NCBI GenBank assembly: GCA_039027455.1
Contig: JBCCKJ010000001.1
Span: 1-39,469 of the forward strand
Direction of reading: 5' to 3'
Length of the DNA stretch: 39,469 nt
Source of the DNA: Pseudomonadota bacterium
GTDB lineage: Bacteria; Pseudomonadota; Alphaproteobacteria; Sphingomonadales; Sphingomonadaceae
In this document: positions 26,525-37,006 of the stretch, piece after piece
Numbering within the stretch: the first letter of the stretch is position 1
Layout: the number at the start of each line of letters is the position of its first letter
The notes under the pieces: model-generated
Told to the model about the DNA's origin: nothing
What the model saw: the letters and a program-made list of their open reading frames with translations, nothing else
Database searches by the model: none
Position numbers and translations under genes: made by a program

Positions 26525-26721
26525 GGGAAACGCCATCACTCGAACCGGCCTAATCACTGAAAACCCTTGCGAAATGCGCCCTTGAGGGGACCAGTGAAAA
26601 CTCAAGGGCACAGCGGCATTCTTGCAACACTTCGCGACGATTGATCGCTTGCCACTTATTCATCTACGAGATAAAGCATTCGAGAGCCTCAAGGTTTAAT
26701 AAATAAAAGGGGAAGTTTAGA

Positions 26722-27858
26722 ATGCGCAATCTTGTCATCGGACTAGCGATGGCTTCGACTGCTCTCACCGCGCCCGCCATGGCCCGCGAAGGCCAATGGT
26801 ACATCCAAGGCGAAGGCGGTGCGATGATTGTCGAAGACGTCGAACTGGATATTGGCGACGAACTGGGAAGCGCCACTGCCGATTATGCGGTTGGCTATGA
26901 CTTCGCTGGTCTCGTCGGCTACGACTTCGGTGGCTTCCGGCTCGAAGCCGAAGCCGCTTACAAAGAAGCGACGCTTGACGCTTTGGCACCCGACGCAGCC
27001 GGCCTTCAGGCTGGTCCGCCAGTCGGCACGACCTTCGCAAGCTTCACTGCGCCTGCAAATGGTGACATTTCGGCCTTGTCCTTCATGCTGAATGGTTTGC
27101 TTGATTTCGGTGAAGATGATGGCATCCAGGCCTTTGCTGGTGGTGGTATTGGTATCGCCCGCATCGCCTATCAGGGAACGGTGGACTTCACTGGTCCTGG
27201 CGCCTTTGACGATTCCGACACCGGTCTCGCCTGGCAGCTGATCGCTGGCGTTCGTCACCCGGTCAGCGACAACCTCGATGTTGGTCTGAAGTATCGCTAC
27301 TTCAACGGCGTCGACGTCAACATCGTGGACACACTCGGCCGCGGGTTGAGCTCTGATCCGAGCACGCACTCGCTTCTCGGCACGATCACCTACAACTTTG
27401 GTGGTGAGGCGCCTCCGCCGCCGCCTCCGCCGCCACCTCCGCCACCTCCACCTCCACCTCCGCCACCTCCGCCTCCGCCGCCGCCTCCGCCGCCGCCGAA
27501 GGTTGAGTGCAACACCGGTCCGTACACCGTGTACTTTGACTGGGATGAGTCGGCGATCACGGACGGTGCAGCGACCATCCTCAACCAAGCGGTTACCTCG
27601 TATGCCAATTGCGGCACCGCCAGCGTCATGCTGGCCGGCCATACGGATACGTCGGGCTCGGCAACGTACAACATCGGCCTTGCCGAGCGTCGTAACGAAG
27701 CGGTTCAGGCTTATCTGGTCGGTCGCGGCATTCCCGAGGCCCGCATCATGGCGGAAGCCTTCGGTGAGACGAACCTTCAGGTTCCGACTGCCGATGGTGT
27801 GCGTGAGCAGAAAAACCGTCGCGTTGTTGTCACTTACGGTCCTAACTCAGGCATGTAA
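26722..27858 (+). CDS. OmpA family outer membrane protein with a polyproline linker
   Basis: Signal peptide, beta-barrel (GYDFG.FRLEAE, LKYRYF), OmpA C-domain (YFDWD, GHTD.SG...YN..L.ERR, NRRV). Confidence 0.93.
   Translation: MRNLVIGLAMASTALTAPAMAREGQWYIQGEGGAMIVEDVELDIGDELGSATADYAVGYDFAGLVGYDFGGFRLEAEAAYKEATLDALAPDAAGLQAGPPVGTTFASFTAPANGDISALSFMLNGLLDFGEDDGIQAFAGGGIGIARIAYQGTVDFTGPGAFDDSDTGLAWQLIAGVRHPVSDNLDVGLKYRYFNGVDVNIVDTLGRGLSSDPSTHSLLGTITYNFGGEAPPPPPPPPPPPPPPPPPPPPPPPPPPPPPKVECNTGPYTVYFDWDESAITDGAATILNQAVTSYANCGTASVMLAGHTDTSGSATYNIGLAERRNEAVQAYLVGRGIPEARIMAEAFGETNLQVPTADGVREQKNRRVVVTYGPNSGM
27412..27498 (+). repeat. CCN trinucleotide tract encoding 29 consecutive prolines
   Basis: 87 nt of CCG/CCT/CCA codons counted directly. 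Confidence 0.95.
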
Positions 27859-27880
27859 GCATCAAACAAACTTACCTAAT

Positions 27881-27914
27881 AAAAGGGGGCTGGAGCAATT
27901 CAGCCCCCTTTTTT
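27881..27914. terminator. Bidirectional intrinsic terminator after ompA
   Basis: AAAAGGGGGCTG [GAGCAATT] CAGCCCCCTTTTTT between the convergent ompA and MFS genes. Confidence 0.88.
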
Positions 27915-28160
27915 CATCACAGGAAGTGTGCTCCAGCCTGTTGGTTCCAGAAGGCTTCGAGCGTCTGTGCTGACGCCTCTCTTGAATTCGCTGGCACCAG
28001 CAGCTTCAAAAACTGATCGCAAGTCAGAGTTTGGCCAGATCACCGTTGGCTTTACGAACTCGGAGCCACGAAAGGGTTAGACTCTCGCTACGTCTGGCCA
28101 CGACCGTCTGACGCCTTGTGCCTCAGCCGTCCAAACGCCGCCCGCAAGGCGTACACGAGG

Positions 28161-29783
28161 TCAGCCTTCCAACACCTCGCCAGCGTCCTTGGCGCGACGG
28201 ATAACGTTAGCGGAGGCGATAGGAACCAAACGTATTGCCGCGAGCAAAAGCGCGACTCCGATCGGTACGAAAACGAGTGTTGAGACCACTCCTGCACCTA
28301 AATCACCGCCATTCACCGCCGAAACATAGCCGGCCATAAAGGGACCGATGCCAAGGCCCACAAGCGTTGTCGAAAGGAAGAACGTCGCTGTGGCCACGCC
28401 CCTCATGCGGGGCAGGACAAGGGACTGGCTTGAGGCCGCCGCTGCACCAAGCGCCGATGCGCTCAGCATGTTGGCTAAGAAGCTGGTTATGTAAAAGACG
28501 AAGATGCTCTCTGTGGTGAACGCAAGATAAATCATAGGTGCAGGCGTCACGAGGCCGAACAGCACGACGAGCACTCGGCCATCAGCGCGCCTGAGGAGCA
28601 GGAAGTCTCCCATGCGTCCACCAAGGATCACACCCAGGAACCCAGCCAACGCTCCGGGCGCTCCAAGAAATAGCGCGATCTCAGACTTCGAGATGCCAAG
28701 CGCTCGCTCCGCGTAGGCTGGGCCCAAGCCCGAGTTTGTATAGGAGATCAGAGCCACCATCCCGTAGCCAAGAATGATCACGAGGAACGCTGGAGACCCC
28801 CACGTGAGACGAAACGTGGGCAAATCACGCGACCGCAAGCCCATCGCCCAACTAAAGACAGCGTAGTAACCGACACCCAAGAATAACCATTGGTCGGATA
28901 CCGCCAGAAACCCGTCTCCAAAGCCTGTGATTACGTTTGCTTGAGCCGGGACCAACGTAGTCAACAAGATGGCCGCAGCCGCGAAGCTAGCTAGTCCAAA
29001 TAGGTTGTAGGCAAAAGCCGCTGGCCCGCGCTGCAGAGCACCAATCAGAGTGAACGGCGGAATGACCTGCAACAGCTCCTTGAAAAAGCCGCTAAATGGG
29101 GCGGGATCTTCAGGAGTCTCAATCCCATCAATTGCGCCACGCTTAGGCTCTTTGAGCGTCGAGACCCACAATGCCAGAAGCACGCCGGGTATCCCGACCG
29201 AAAGAAAGGCAGCCTGCCATCCAACGATCCCACCCGGGCCACCGTCGGGATACATCCCGTTCCACGCGTCGACAATGTAAGCTCCGATCAGAAGCGATAC
29301 ACCGCCGCCGATATAGAGCCCCGAGGAATAGACCGCGAGCGCAGTGGCCCGAAGGCGGGCCGGGAACCAGTCAGAAATCAGCGAATAGGCAGACGGGCTA
29401 GCCGTCGCTTCGCCGACACCGACCCCCATCCGCGCCACAGCCAAAGTTCCGGCGTTCTTTGCGAACCCGGAAAGCGCAGTCATCGTCGACCAGAGGGTGA
29501 GGCCAATGGCTAACAACCGAACTCTCTTCCAGCTGTCCGCCAGCTTTCCCAACGGAATACCGAAAAGCGAATAGAAGACGGCAAAGGCAGTGCCGTATAA
29601 GAACCCGATGTAGGAATCGTCGACGCCTAGGTCGGCTTTAATATCGTTGGCTAGGATTGAGAGGATCTGGCGATCGATAAAGTTCAGCACATATACCAGA
29701 ACCAGCACACCGAGCGCGTACCAACTGTATGCGGGTACACCTTGCTCCGCCGCGGGCTCTTTAGCCGCAGTCGCTTCGTTCAA
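28161..29783 (-). CDS. MFS transporter, spinster-like
   Basis: LNFIDRQIL, G.LAD...R, R..VG.GEA...P.AYSLISD.FP...RA; many TM segments; TTG start after GGGAGGG. Confidence 0.9.
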   Translation of the reverse strand: MNEATAAKEPAAEQGVPAYSWYALGVLVLVYVLNFIDRQILSILANDIKADLGVDDSYIGFLYGTAFAVFYSLFGIPLGKLADSWKRVRLLAIGLTLWSTMTALSGFAKNAGTLAVARMGVGVGEATASPSAYSLISDWFPARLRATALAVYSSGLYIGGGVSLLIGAYIVDAWNGMYPDGGPGGIVGWQAAFLSVGIPGVLLALWVSTLKEPKRGAIDGIETPEDPAPFSGFFKELLQVIPPFTLIGALQRGPAAFAYNLFGLASFAAAAILLTTLVPAQANVITGFGDGFLAVSDQWLFLGVGYYAVFSWAMGLRSRDLPTFRLTWGSPAFLVIILGYGMVALISYTNSGLGPAYAERALGISKSEIALFLGAPGALAGFLGVILGGRMGDFLLLRRADGRVLVVLFGLVTPAPMIYLAFTTESIFVFYITSFLANMLSASALGAAAASSQSLVLPRMRGVATATFFLSTTLVGLGIGPFMAGYVSAVNGGDLGAGVVSTLVFVPIGVALLLAAIRLVPIASANVIRRAKDAGEVLEG

Positions 29784-29831
29784 AAGACATTCCCTCCCAA
29801 ATCGGATTTCGGCCGCGCCTTGCCCTCTGCG

Positions 29832-30527
29832 TCAAGCGGCGTACACCGTGCTATCGATTATTCCCGCTTCGGCAAATCCCTTTTTGCGCAAGCGGCAAGA
29901 ATCGCATAGTCCACAGGCCCGGCCATCCTCGGTTGGGTCGTAGCAAGACCAACTCCACGATGGGTCCAACCCCAACCTTGCGCATTCCCGGGCAATATCA
30001 GCTTTGGTCAAATGCTGCAGCGGCGCATGAATTGTGAAGGGAGCCCCTTCGGCTCCTGCCTTCGTACCGAGGCGCGCGGACTCTGCGAAACTCGAAATGA
30101 ATTCAGGGCGACAGTCGGGATAACCCGAGTAATCCAGCGCGTTCACCCCGATAAAAACGTCTCGACCACCAGCAGCTTCCGCGCATGCGGTTGTCAAAGC
30201 GAGAAAAACCAGATTGCGAGCTGGGACATAAGTGACGGGTATGTCTGAACTGACCCCATCTTTGGGAACATCGATCTTATCGGTGAGCGCCGAACCGCCA
30301 AAAGCGCGCAAATCTAGAGCGATCGTGACATGGCTCTTGAGATCAAGCTTCTTCGCAATACGGGCTGCAGAAGCCAATTCAATGCGATGCCGCTGTCCGT
30401 AATCAACTGTGAGGGCTCGCACGTCGAACCCCTGCTCTTTGGCACGGGCTGCTGTCACCATTGAGTCGAGCCCACCAGACAACAATACAATGGCGATCGG
30501 TCGGTTAGCGAAGTCTGGCTCAGGCAT
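29832..30527 (-). CDS. queC: 7-cyano-7-deazaguanine synthase
   Basis: SGGLDS, YGQRH, TYVPARN, DYSGYPDCRPEF, SCY...CG.CDSC.LR. Confidence 0.96.
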   Translation of the reverse strand: MPEPDFANRPIAIVLLSGGLDSMVTAARAKEQGFDVRALTVDYGQRHRIELASAARIAKKLDLKSHVTIALDLRAFGGSALTDKIDVPKDGVSSDIPVTYVPARNLVFLALTTACAEAAGGRDVFIGVNALDYSGYPDCRPEFISSFAESARLGTKAGAEGAPFTIHAPLQHLTKADIARECARLGLDPSWSWSCYDPTEDGRACGLCDSCRLRKKGFAEAGIIDSTVYAA

Positions 30528-30585
30528 TACGCAATCCGGCTAGGCGCGCGCGTTGCGAATAGCAATGAAGTCCCGCCTCTAGGGA

Positions 30586-30999
30586 TCAACAGGTTCCAGA
30601 AAGGCGAGCTTCGGCTGAAAACTGAAATGGCTCCCCAGAAGAAATACCCTGGCTCTCCAATTGGACCAGTGAGTTTGTCTCGCGGCGGATGTTTGTCCGG
30701 CCATAACCGTCGCCTGGGCACGTGTATTGGACCGTAACTTTGGTAGCGCCGTCCTCGACCACAAACCGATCACATGTTGAACCGTTGTGGCGAAGCTGGA
30801 TCAGCTCTTCGCCGGTCCTCACACAGATTTTCTCATCCATTGATCCGTTGCGATACTTGATGGTCCATTCGCCCCTCGACAGGCCTTGAAGCATTTCGAG
30901 GCCCACCGACTGCGCAGCCAAGGGCAGCGTTATGGCTGTGGCGACGATAGCAACAGCTGCCTTCGCACTTGCCAGCTTGGGAAAGATACCGCGTGTCAT
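30586..30999 (-). CDS. Secreted protein with four Cys (DUF3617-like)
   Basis: Signal peptide, G.W, Cys pattern ending R..G.C; ATG 30999 chosen. Confidence 0.65.
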   Translation of the reverse strand: MTRGIFPKLASAKAAVAIVATAITLPLAAQSVGLEMLQGLSRGEWTIKYRNGSMDEKICVRTGEELIQLRHNGSTCDRFVVEDGATKVTVQYTCPGDGYGRTNIRRETNSLVQLESQGISSGEPFQFSAEARLSGTC

Positions 31000-31084
31000 T
31001 GCCACAACCTCAGCTAGGTTAGATTGCCTTTGCCTGAATGCGCTCAAGTAACCGCAATAAAACGATACGCTCGCCAATCATGGT

Positions 31085-31987
31085 CTATATTTCCAAAGCA
31101 AACGTCTTGGAACAGAACGCGCAATCGACTTCGATAACACCTGCCTCGTTTCGCATTTCGGCCTGCTCTTCAGCGGGAAAGCGGGCAATTACCCCTTCAT
31201 AATAGTCGGCGCTACATCGGCAACCGCGCGAGAGCCCCCCACCCGCTTGGACGCGAACCTCTTCCTCCTCGTGAAAGAGACGCCAAACAATCGCATCGAG
31301 CGAAAGCTTGGGGTCGAGCAATTCATTGTGGCTTATTGTCGCCGAAAGCATGGCAACGTGCTCCCAGTCTGGGTGATCCAACCGGACGTGAAGCCGCTCC
31401 CGCCCCTCTTCCCCATCAGCCAGATACTGGACTAGCAATCCGGCCGCGACTCTTCCCTCTTTTCCCGCTTGGCTAGCGATACGGATAAGAGTCGGAACCT
31501 GCTCGGATTGCGAAAAGTAGTTCTCGCATGCTTGGGCGAGAGTGTCGCCTTCTAAAGGCACAATGCCCTGATACCGTTCGACCATCCCGGTTCCGCTGTC
31601 GGTCTCAAACGTAATAGCCAAATACCCCTTCCCAAAAAGGGCGGCGAGGGATGGATTCGCTCCCAGGCTTTTCAGCGCCTCATCATCAAAATCGGCGTAT
31701 CCACGCATGACGCCTTCGCGGAAATCGCACACAAGCAGGCGAACAATGCCATCCTGCGTTTGCGCCTGCATGGTCAACTGCGCGCCCTCGCCTTTAAGCA
31801 ATCCACCCATGAGGGCGCACAGCACTAAGGCCTCACTCAGAAGATGCGTGATCGGTGCTGGATAGTTGTGCGCTGAAAGGACGTCATCGACGACCTTGTC
31901 CAAACGGACAATGCGGCCACGCGCGTTTCGCTCAGGGAGGGTGAAGCCCAGAAGCGAATCAGCAATGGTTTCAGACTGTTTATCCAT
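31085..31987 (-). CDS. hslO: Redox-regulated chaperone Hsp33
   Basis: YQGIVPL, YF.QSEQVPT, CRCS...CAFC zinc motif; start placed at the second ATG (31987) because the first (31996) lies inside the putative RpoH -10. Confidence 0.93.
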   Translation of the reverse strand: MDKQSETIADSLLGFTLPERNARGRIVRLDKVVDDVLSAHNYPAPITHLLSEALVLCALMGGLLKGEGAQLTMQAQTQDGIVRLLVCDFREGVMRGYADFDDEALKSLGANPSLAALFGKGYLAITFETDSGTGMVERYQGIVPLEGDTLAQACENYFSQSEQVPTLIRIASQAGKEGRVAAGLLVQYLADGEEGRERLHVRLDHPDWEHVAMLSATISHNELLDPKLSLDAIVWRLFHEEEEVRVQAGGGLSRGCRCSADYYEGVIARFPAEEQAEMRNEAGVIEVDCAFCSKTFALEI

Positions 31988-31994
31988 CCCGCCC

Positions 31995-32023
31995 ATATGG
32001 GGTGGCTAAAGGGCAGCTTTAAC
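31995..32023 (-). promoter_or_regulatory. Putative RpoH (sigma32) promoter of hslO
   Basis: Minus strand GTTAAA-N15-CCCCATAT versus consensus CTTGAA-N13-17-CCCCATNT. Confidence 0.6.
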
Positions 32024-32043
32024 CCCAGGCTTGCGCAAATCCC

Positions 32044-32991
32044 CTAAGGGAGCAGACCGAGGCTCCATAACAGGACCGATTTCTGCGCGTGGATGCGGTT
32101 CTCCGCTTCGTCGAAGACCAGAGATTGAGCGCCTTCAAAGACGTCTTCACTCACTTCTTCCCCCACATGAGCGGGGAGACAGTGGAGAAATATGGCGTCG
32201 GGGCGGGCCTTACTCATGAGATCCGCGTCGACCTGAAATGGTTCCATGGCTGTGCGCTTTTCCGTTGCATCAGCTTGTCCCATGGAAACCCAGGTGTCCG
32301 TCACCAGAACGTCCGCGTTTTGAGCCGCAGTGGCTGGATCATGGGTCAGCGTTATCTGCGCTCCGCCACGTTGCGCCGCCTCAACAAATTCCATTTCCGG
32401 CTCAAAGCCTTCAGGAGTGGCTACTCTGACATTGAATTTGAGCAGTCCCGCCGCCTCCAAAATCGAGTGCAAAACGTTGTTGCCATCGCCAAACCAAGCC
32501 AGCTCAAGCCCCGGCAAAGGCTTGCCATTTTCAATTACAGTCAGCAGATCCGCAACAATCTGACATGGGTGAGAACGGTCAGTTAGGCCGTTGATCACCG
32601 GAACACTCGCGTGCCGGGCCATCTCCTCAATCTTCGAATGATCATGGGTCCGAAGCATGATCGCATCCACCATACGGCTTAGGACCCGGGCGGTGTCTGC
32701 TATCGATTCCCCGCGTCCCAGCTGGCTTGAGCTCGCGTCCAGTATGAGGGCAGAACCGCCCAGCTGGCGCATTGCCATGTCGAAGCTTACACGCGTCCGT
32801 GTTGAGTTCTTTTCAAAGACCATTCCCAAGACATGCCCGGCCAAGGGCGCATCGGTATCTGCCTGGCCTTTAGGCGAGCCCTTTCTTGCGTCTTTGCGGT
32901 CTAGCGCATCCGCGATCATCGCAGCGATCGAATTGGCGCCCGCATCCTGCAGGTCAAGGAAATGCCGGGCGGCTTGCACTTTATCGGTCAC
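32044..32991 (-). CDS. argF: Ornithine carbamoyltransferase
   Basis: [30 protein letters not shown]. Confidence 0.96.
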   Translation of the reverse strand: MTDKVQAARHFLDLQDAGANSIAAMIADALDRKDARKGSPKGQADTDAPLAGHVLGMVFEKNSTRTRVSFDMAMRQLGGSALILDASSSQLGRGESIADTARVLSRMVDAIMLRTHDHSKIEEMARHASVPVINGLTDRSHPCQIVADLLTVIENGKPLPGLELAWFGDGNNVLHSILEAAGLLKFNVRVATPEGFEPEMEFVEAAQRGGAQITLTHDPATAAQNADVLVTDTWVSMGQADATEKRTAMEPFQVDADLMSKARPDAIFLHCLPAHVGEEVSEDVFEGAQSLVFDEAENRIHAQKSVLLWSLGLLP

Positions 32992-34184
32992 GCCGGCTCG
33001 GGGACTGTGAAACTGGCCGCCCCGGCTGAGAGTTTATCGAAGAACTCGTCGATCTCCGCATCGCCAATGACCAGCGGCGGAATAACACGCAGCGTCTGAT
33101 CGCCTGCGGCGACGGTTAGCAGCTGATGATTATCGCGCAAATGGACGAAGAAGGGTCGGCTTTCGACCTTCATTTTGATGCCCAGCATCAAGCCCTTACC
33201 GCGAACGAGCTCAAAAAGCTCGGGGTAGTTTCCGATGAACTGTTCAAGCCGCGCGCGAACCCGTTCCCCTTTTTCGGTCACTTCCGCCAGGAATTCCTCG
33301 TTGGCCACCGCTTCCATAACAGCGGAACCCGCCGCCATAGCGAGCGGGTTGCCCCCATATGTCGAGCCGTGGGTGCCAAAGGTCATACCGCGCGCCGCCT
33401 TTTCAGTGGCGAGACAGGCGCCTAACGGGAACCCACCTCCCAAGCCTTTTGCCGACGCGACGATATCCGGTTCAATCCCATAGTGCTCATAGGCATACAG
33501 CTTTCCGGTACGCGCCATGCCGCACTGAACCTCGTCGAGCACGAGCATAAGGCCGTGTTCGTCCGCAAGCGCCCGAAGTCCTTGCATGAATTCAACAGAA
33601 GCCGGGCGGATGCCGCCCTCACCTTGAATCGGTTCGACAAGAAAACCGGCCGTATTCTCGCCTACCAGCGATTTCGCCGCTTCAAGATCGTCAAACTCGG
33701 CGTATTTGAAGCCTTCCAAAAGCGGCGAAAAGCCATGGTGCATTTTGGTTTGATTGGATGCGCTGATCGTCGCCATCGTACGCCCATGGAAGGCGTTGGC
33801 GAATGTGATCATCTCGAAGCGGTTCGAATCTCCTTCGTCTGCATTCTGATGATACGCGCGCGCGCACTTTATGGCCGTTTCGACCGCCTCTGCCCCTGAA
33901 TTCGTGAAAAACACTGTGTCGGCGAAAGTGTTGTCCACCAGCTGCTTTGCCAGGCGTTCGCCCTGAGGACTGCCATACAGATTCGAGACATGCATCAGCG
34001 TTTCGGCTTGGGTCTGAATCGCTTCGATCAGCCCCTTGTGCGAATGCCCCAGCAGATTGACGGCAATGCCACTGGCGAAATCCAGATAGCGCGTCCCGTC
34101 CTCGTCGATGAGGTGGCAGTGATCCCCTTTGACAGGCCGAACACCGCAGCGCGGATAGGTAGGCATAAGCGGAGTGATCGACAT
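32988..34184 (-). CDS. argD: Acetylornithine aminotransferase
   Basis: [44 protein letters not shown]; coupled to argF. Confidence 0.93.
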   Translation of the reverse strand: MSITPLMPTYPRCGVRPVKGDHCHLIDEDGTRYLDFASGIAVNLLGHSHKGLIEAIQTQAETLMHVSNLYGSPQGERLAKQLVDNTFADTVFFTNSGAEAVETAIKCARAYHQNADEGDSNRFEMITFANAFHGRTMATISASNQTKMHHGFSPLLEGFKYAEFDDLEAAKSLVGENTAGFLVEPIQGEGGIRPASVEFMQGLRALADEHGLMLVLDEVQCGMARTGKLYAYEHYGIEPDIVASAKGLGGGFPLGACLATEKAARGMTFGTHGSTYGGNPLAMAAGSAVMEAVANEEFLAEVTEKGERVRARLEQFIGNYPELFELVRGKGLMLGIKMKVESRPFFVHLRDNHQLLTVAAGDQTLRVIPPLVIGDAEIDEFFDKLSAGAASFTVPEPA

Positions 34185-34224
34185 CAAAACAATCCTGGAA
34201 AGACAAGCAACGGCGCTTGGAACT

Positions 34225-34260
34225 AAAACAAATGGCGGTCCCCGCTACGGGAGCCGCCAT
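34225..34260 (-). terminator. Intrinsic terminator downstream of the cold-shock gene
   Basis: Minus strand ATGGCGGCTCCCG-TAG-CGGGGACCGCCAT followed by TTGTTTT. Confidence 0.65.
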
Positions 34261-34316
34261 CCATTCAAATAAGACCGCTCCCCAAACGGGTCAAACGGCG
34301 CATTGATCTGTAAAGT

Positions 34317-35048
34317 CTACCCTTGAACAGGGACCAGATTAACCGCCGAGAATTTGCCTCGTCGGTCCACCTCGAGATCGAACTCGAACCGGTCGCCTTC
34401 GTTGATTGTTGAAAGGCCTGAACGCTCGACCGCGCTAATGTGCACGAAAGCATCCGGCTGGCCATCATCCCGAACCAAAAAACCGAACCCTTTGGTCGAG
34501 TTGAAGAACTTGACCGTTCCGGTCGCTTTCTCGCCCGTCAATTCACGCTTTGGCGGACTGTTTTGCTGTACGGCAATCACCTCGCCAACAACCTGAAGGT
34601 CTTGAGCGGAGATCTTACCGCCACGATCGACGAGGTTGAATTCGAGTTCCTGCCCTTCAGCCAAACCTTCCAGGCCAGCGCGCTCAACCGCGCTTATATG
34701 AACAAAGACGTCTTCACCGCCAGTTTCCTGTTGAATGAAGCCAAAGCCTTTTTGGCCGTTGAAGAATTTGACAGTGCCTTTGCCGGTGCCAACAACTTGA
34801 GCTGGCATGCGATTCCCACCACCACTGCCGCCGCGTCCACCGCCGCTAAAGCCGCCGCGATCGCCGCCACCGCTGAATCCCCCGCGATCTCCGCCGCCGC
34901 CGAAGCGATCACCACCGCCAAAGCCGCCGCGGTCATTGCCATAACTGGGAGGGGGGAGTCCTTCGTTGCCGCCGAAGGGATCGAAGCCGTCTTCGCCGAA
35001 TCCGTCGCGCTTGTCCCGTCCGCGCCGACGTCCTCTATCGTAACCCAT
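34317..35048 (-). CDS. Tandem cold-shock domain protein with a Gly/Arg-rich N-terminus
   Basis: Two CSDs ([21 protein letters not shown]); N-terminal [10 protein letters not shown] low-complexity repeats. Confidence 0.93.
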   Translation of the reverse strand: MGYDRGRRRGRDKRDGFGEDGFDPFGGNEGLPPPSYGNDRGGFGGGDRFGGGGDRGGFSGGGDRGGFSGGGRGGSGGGNRMPAQVVGTGKGTVKFFNGQKGFGFIQQETGGEDVFVHISAVERAGLEGLAEGQELEFNLVDRGGKISAQDLQVVGEVIAVQQNSPPKRELTGEKATGTVKFFNSTKGFGFLVRDDGQPDAFVHISAVERSGLSTINEGDRFEFDLEVDRRGKFSAVNLVPVQG

Positions 35049-35333
35049 AATTCAGTACGTACCTTGTCAAACTGCCCAACCTCCGGTGCGTCGACGTAGG
35101 GGACAGCGTGCCTCGCCGATCGCAAGTGACAATTCGAAAATCGAAGCCACCCTGATAAATGCGGTCATAGCGCACAAACACTTCGCTGGCGAATGATTTA
35201 ACCGACCCCTCTCTTTTCGCGCAGATTTGTTACTTTTTCAAAACGCCCACCCAATTGGAGCGCATAGAGAGATCCAGCACACTGCAAGCCTGCCAAAGCT
35301 TGCGCAGTTGTACGGTAGTGTCCAAGACGCGGT

Positions 35334-36131
35334 ATGGATATCATCGGACTGTTAACCGACCCCGCGGCTTGGGCTGCCCTTGTAACGCTTGTCGTCCTCG
35401 AAGTGGTTTTGGGTGTCGACAACCTGATCTTTATCGCGATTCTGTCGAACAAGCTTCCGGAGCACCAGCAGCAGAATGCGCGCCGGATAGGCCTGTTTCT
35501 CGCGTTAGGAATGCGGATCGGGCTGCTCATGCTGATCGGCTGGCTAGTTACCTTGCAAACGCCGATCTTTGATCTTGGAATTCAGGGGCCACCAATTGAA
35601 GGGTACAACAAGCCCAGCTTTGAGACCGCTTTCTCAGGCCGTGATCTTATCCTGCTAGCCGGAGGGTTCTTCCTTTTGTGGAAGGCCACCAAGGAAATCC
35701 ATCACGCGATGGAACCGGATGCATCGGATGAGATGCTCAACAAGAATAAGGCGGGAGCGGCGCAGATCACATTCGGCGCTGTGATCGCGCAAATTATTGT
35801 GCTCGACATGGTGTTTTCGGTCGACTCGATTTTGACCGCTGTGGGAATGACCGATCAGGTTGCTATTATGGTCGCCGCCGTCATCATTACAGTTGGGATC
35901 ATGCTGCTGGCGGCGGACCCGCTAGCCAACTTTATCGAGAAGAACCCGACGCTGGTTATGCTGGCGCTCGCGTTTCTCGTGATGATTGGCCTTGTCCTTA
36001 TCGCGGACGGGTTTGGGTACCATGTGCCCAAAGGCTATATTTACGCGGCGATGGGCTTTTCGATTGGCGTTGAAATCCTCAACATGATGAAGCGCAACTC
36101 CAAGCGCAAAAAGGAAGGGTTCGCCACATGA
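35334..36131 (+). CDS. TerC family membrane protein
   Basis: [41 protein letters not shown]. Confidence 0.93.
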   Translation: MDIIGLLTDPAAWAALVTLVVLEVVLGVDNLIFIAILSNKLPEHQQQNARRIGLFLALGMRIGLLMLIGWLVTLQTPIFDLGIQGPPIEGYNKPSFETAFSGRDLILLAGGFFLLWKATKEIHHAMEPDASDEMLNKNKAGAAQITFGAVIAQIIVLDMVFSVDSILTAVGMTDQVAIMVAAVIITVGIMLLAADPLANFIEKNPTLVMLALAFLVMIGLVLIADGFGYHVPKGYIYAAMGFSIGVEILNMMKRNSKRKKEGFAT

Positions 36132-36562
36132 GCGATTTTCGAAAGCTCTCGGAGAAAGTCTTTGCCAGCCCGCAGATAGAGCTGGCTGATATTGAAGCGG
36201 CCAAGGCGTTGGGCGTTTCATTGATCGTCAACAACCGACCCGATGGCGAAGACCCAGCCGCACCGCAAGGAGCCGACATCGCAGTGGGGGCGACGGCGGC
36301 AGGCATGGACTATATCGAAATCCCGATTGGCCATTCCGGTTTCAGCGAACCACAAATCGATCAAATGATAAGTGCGGTCGAAGGAGCGGAAGGAGGCGTT
36401 TTGGCTTATTGTCGTTCAGGGACGCGTTCGACCCTGCTTTGGGCCTTGGCGCAGGTGAAATCCGGCGAAGCTCCCGATACGATTGCGAAAGCGGCTTTGG
36501 CCGCTGGCTACGATGTAAGCCCCATTCGCCCCATGCTGGACATGCTGGCGGCACGAAGCTGA
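36128..36562 (+). CDS. TIGR01244/DUF442 family sulfurtransferase (PTP-like fold)
   Basis: [20 protein letters not shown] (CX5R); ATGA overlap with terC. Confidence 0.88.
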   Translation: MSDFRKLSEKVFASPQIELADIEAAKALGVSLIVNNRPDGEDPAAPQGADIAVGATAAGMDYIEIPIGHSGFSEPQIDQMISAVEGAEGGVLAYCRSGTRSTLLWALAQVKSGEAPDTIAKAALAAGYDVSPIRPMLDMLAARS

Positions 36563-36596
36563 CCAGCGACACTCGCATCATCGAAAGCGACAGATC

Positions 36597-36995
36597 ATGG
36601 AACTTTCGCCCATGCTGCTTCAATTCGGAGGCTCTCTCGTCGCTATTCTAGTTGTCGCCGCGTTGGTAGCGATGATGAAGCTGGGCGGAAAGCCCACGCT
36701 CAAGAACGAAGCAGAAGTCGGTGTGGCTGCGGGAGAAGTCGAATACGGCTTTGATGCAGCCCGCAGCTCCATCACGCGAGGAGGCAATGCGGCGCTGGCC
36801 CGCGACGCCGATGGTCGGATTATGGTAATTAAACGCCACGGCAATAAGTTCGTCGGTCGTATCCTTACACCATCTGCAAAGGCGCAAGAAGAGGTTGACG
36901 GTCTTACCGTCGATCCAGGTGAAAGTCAGTTCGGCTCTGTCCGGCTGTCGCTTAGCGACGCTTCATATTGGGCTGATGCCATCAATCGGTTATAG
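36597..36995 (+). CDS. Hypothetical protein with an N-terminal membrane anchor
   Basis: Hydrophobic N-terminus, plausible codon usage, fills the gap in a co-oriented run. Confidence 0.7.
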   Translation: MELSPMLLQFGGSLVAILVVAALVAMMKLGGKPTLKNEAEVGVAAGEVEYGFDAARSSITRGGNAALARDADGRIMVIKRHGNKFVGRILTPSAKAQEEVDGLTVDPGESQFGSVRLSLSDASYWADAINRL

Positions 36996-37006
36996 GCCTT
37001 TCGATC

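Noticed and set aside
27412-27498. CRISPR array or non-coding microsatellite
   Set aside because: No spacers; it is an in-frame polyproline coding tract
27915-28160. Small RNA or ORF in the ompA-MFS gap
   Set aside because: No convincing promoter, RBS, structure or coding signal
30528-30585. preQ1 riboswitch upstream of queC
   Set aside because: 58-bp gap without a recognisable preQ1 stem-loop and A-rich tail; an Rfam scan would be decisive
35049-35333. yybP-ykoY (Mn) riboswitch before terC or a cspA-type thermosensor
   Set aside because: Could not identify the conserved motifs by eye; unsupported without a covariance-model search
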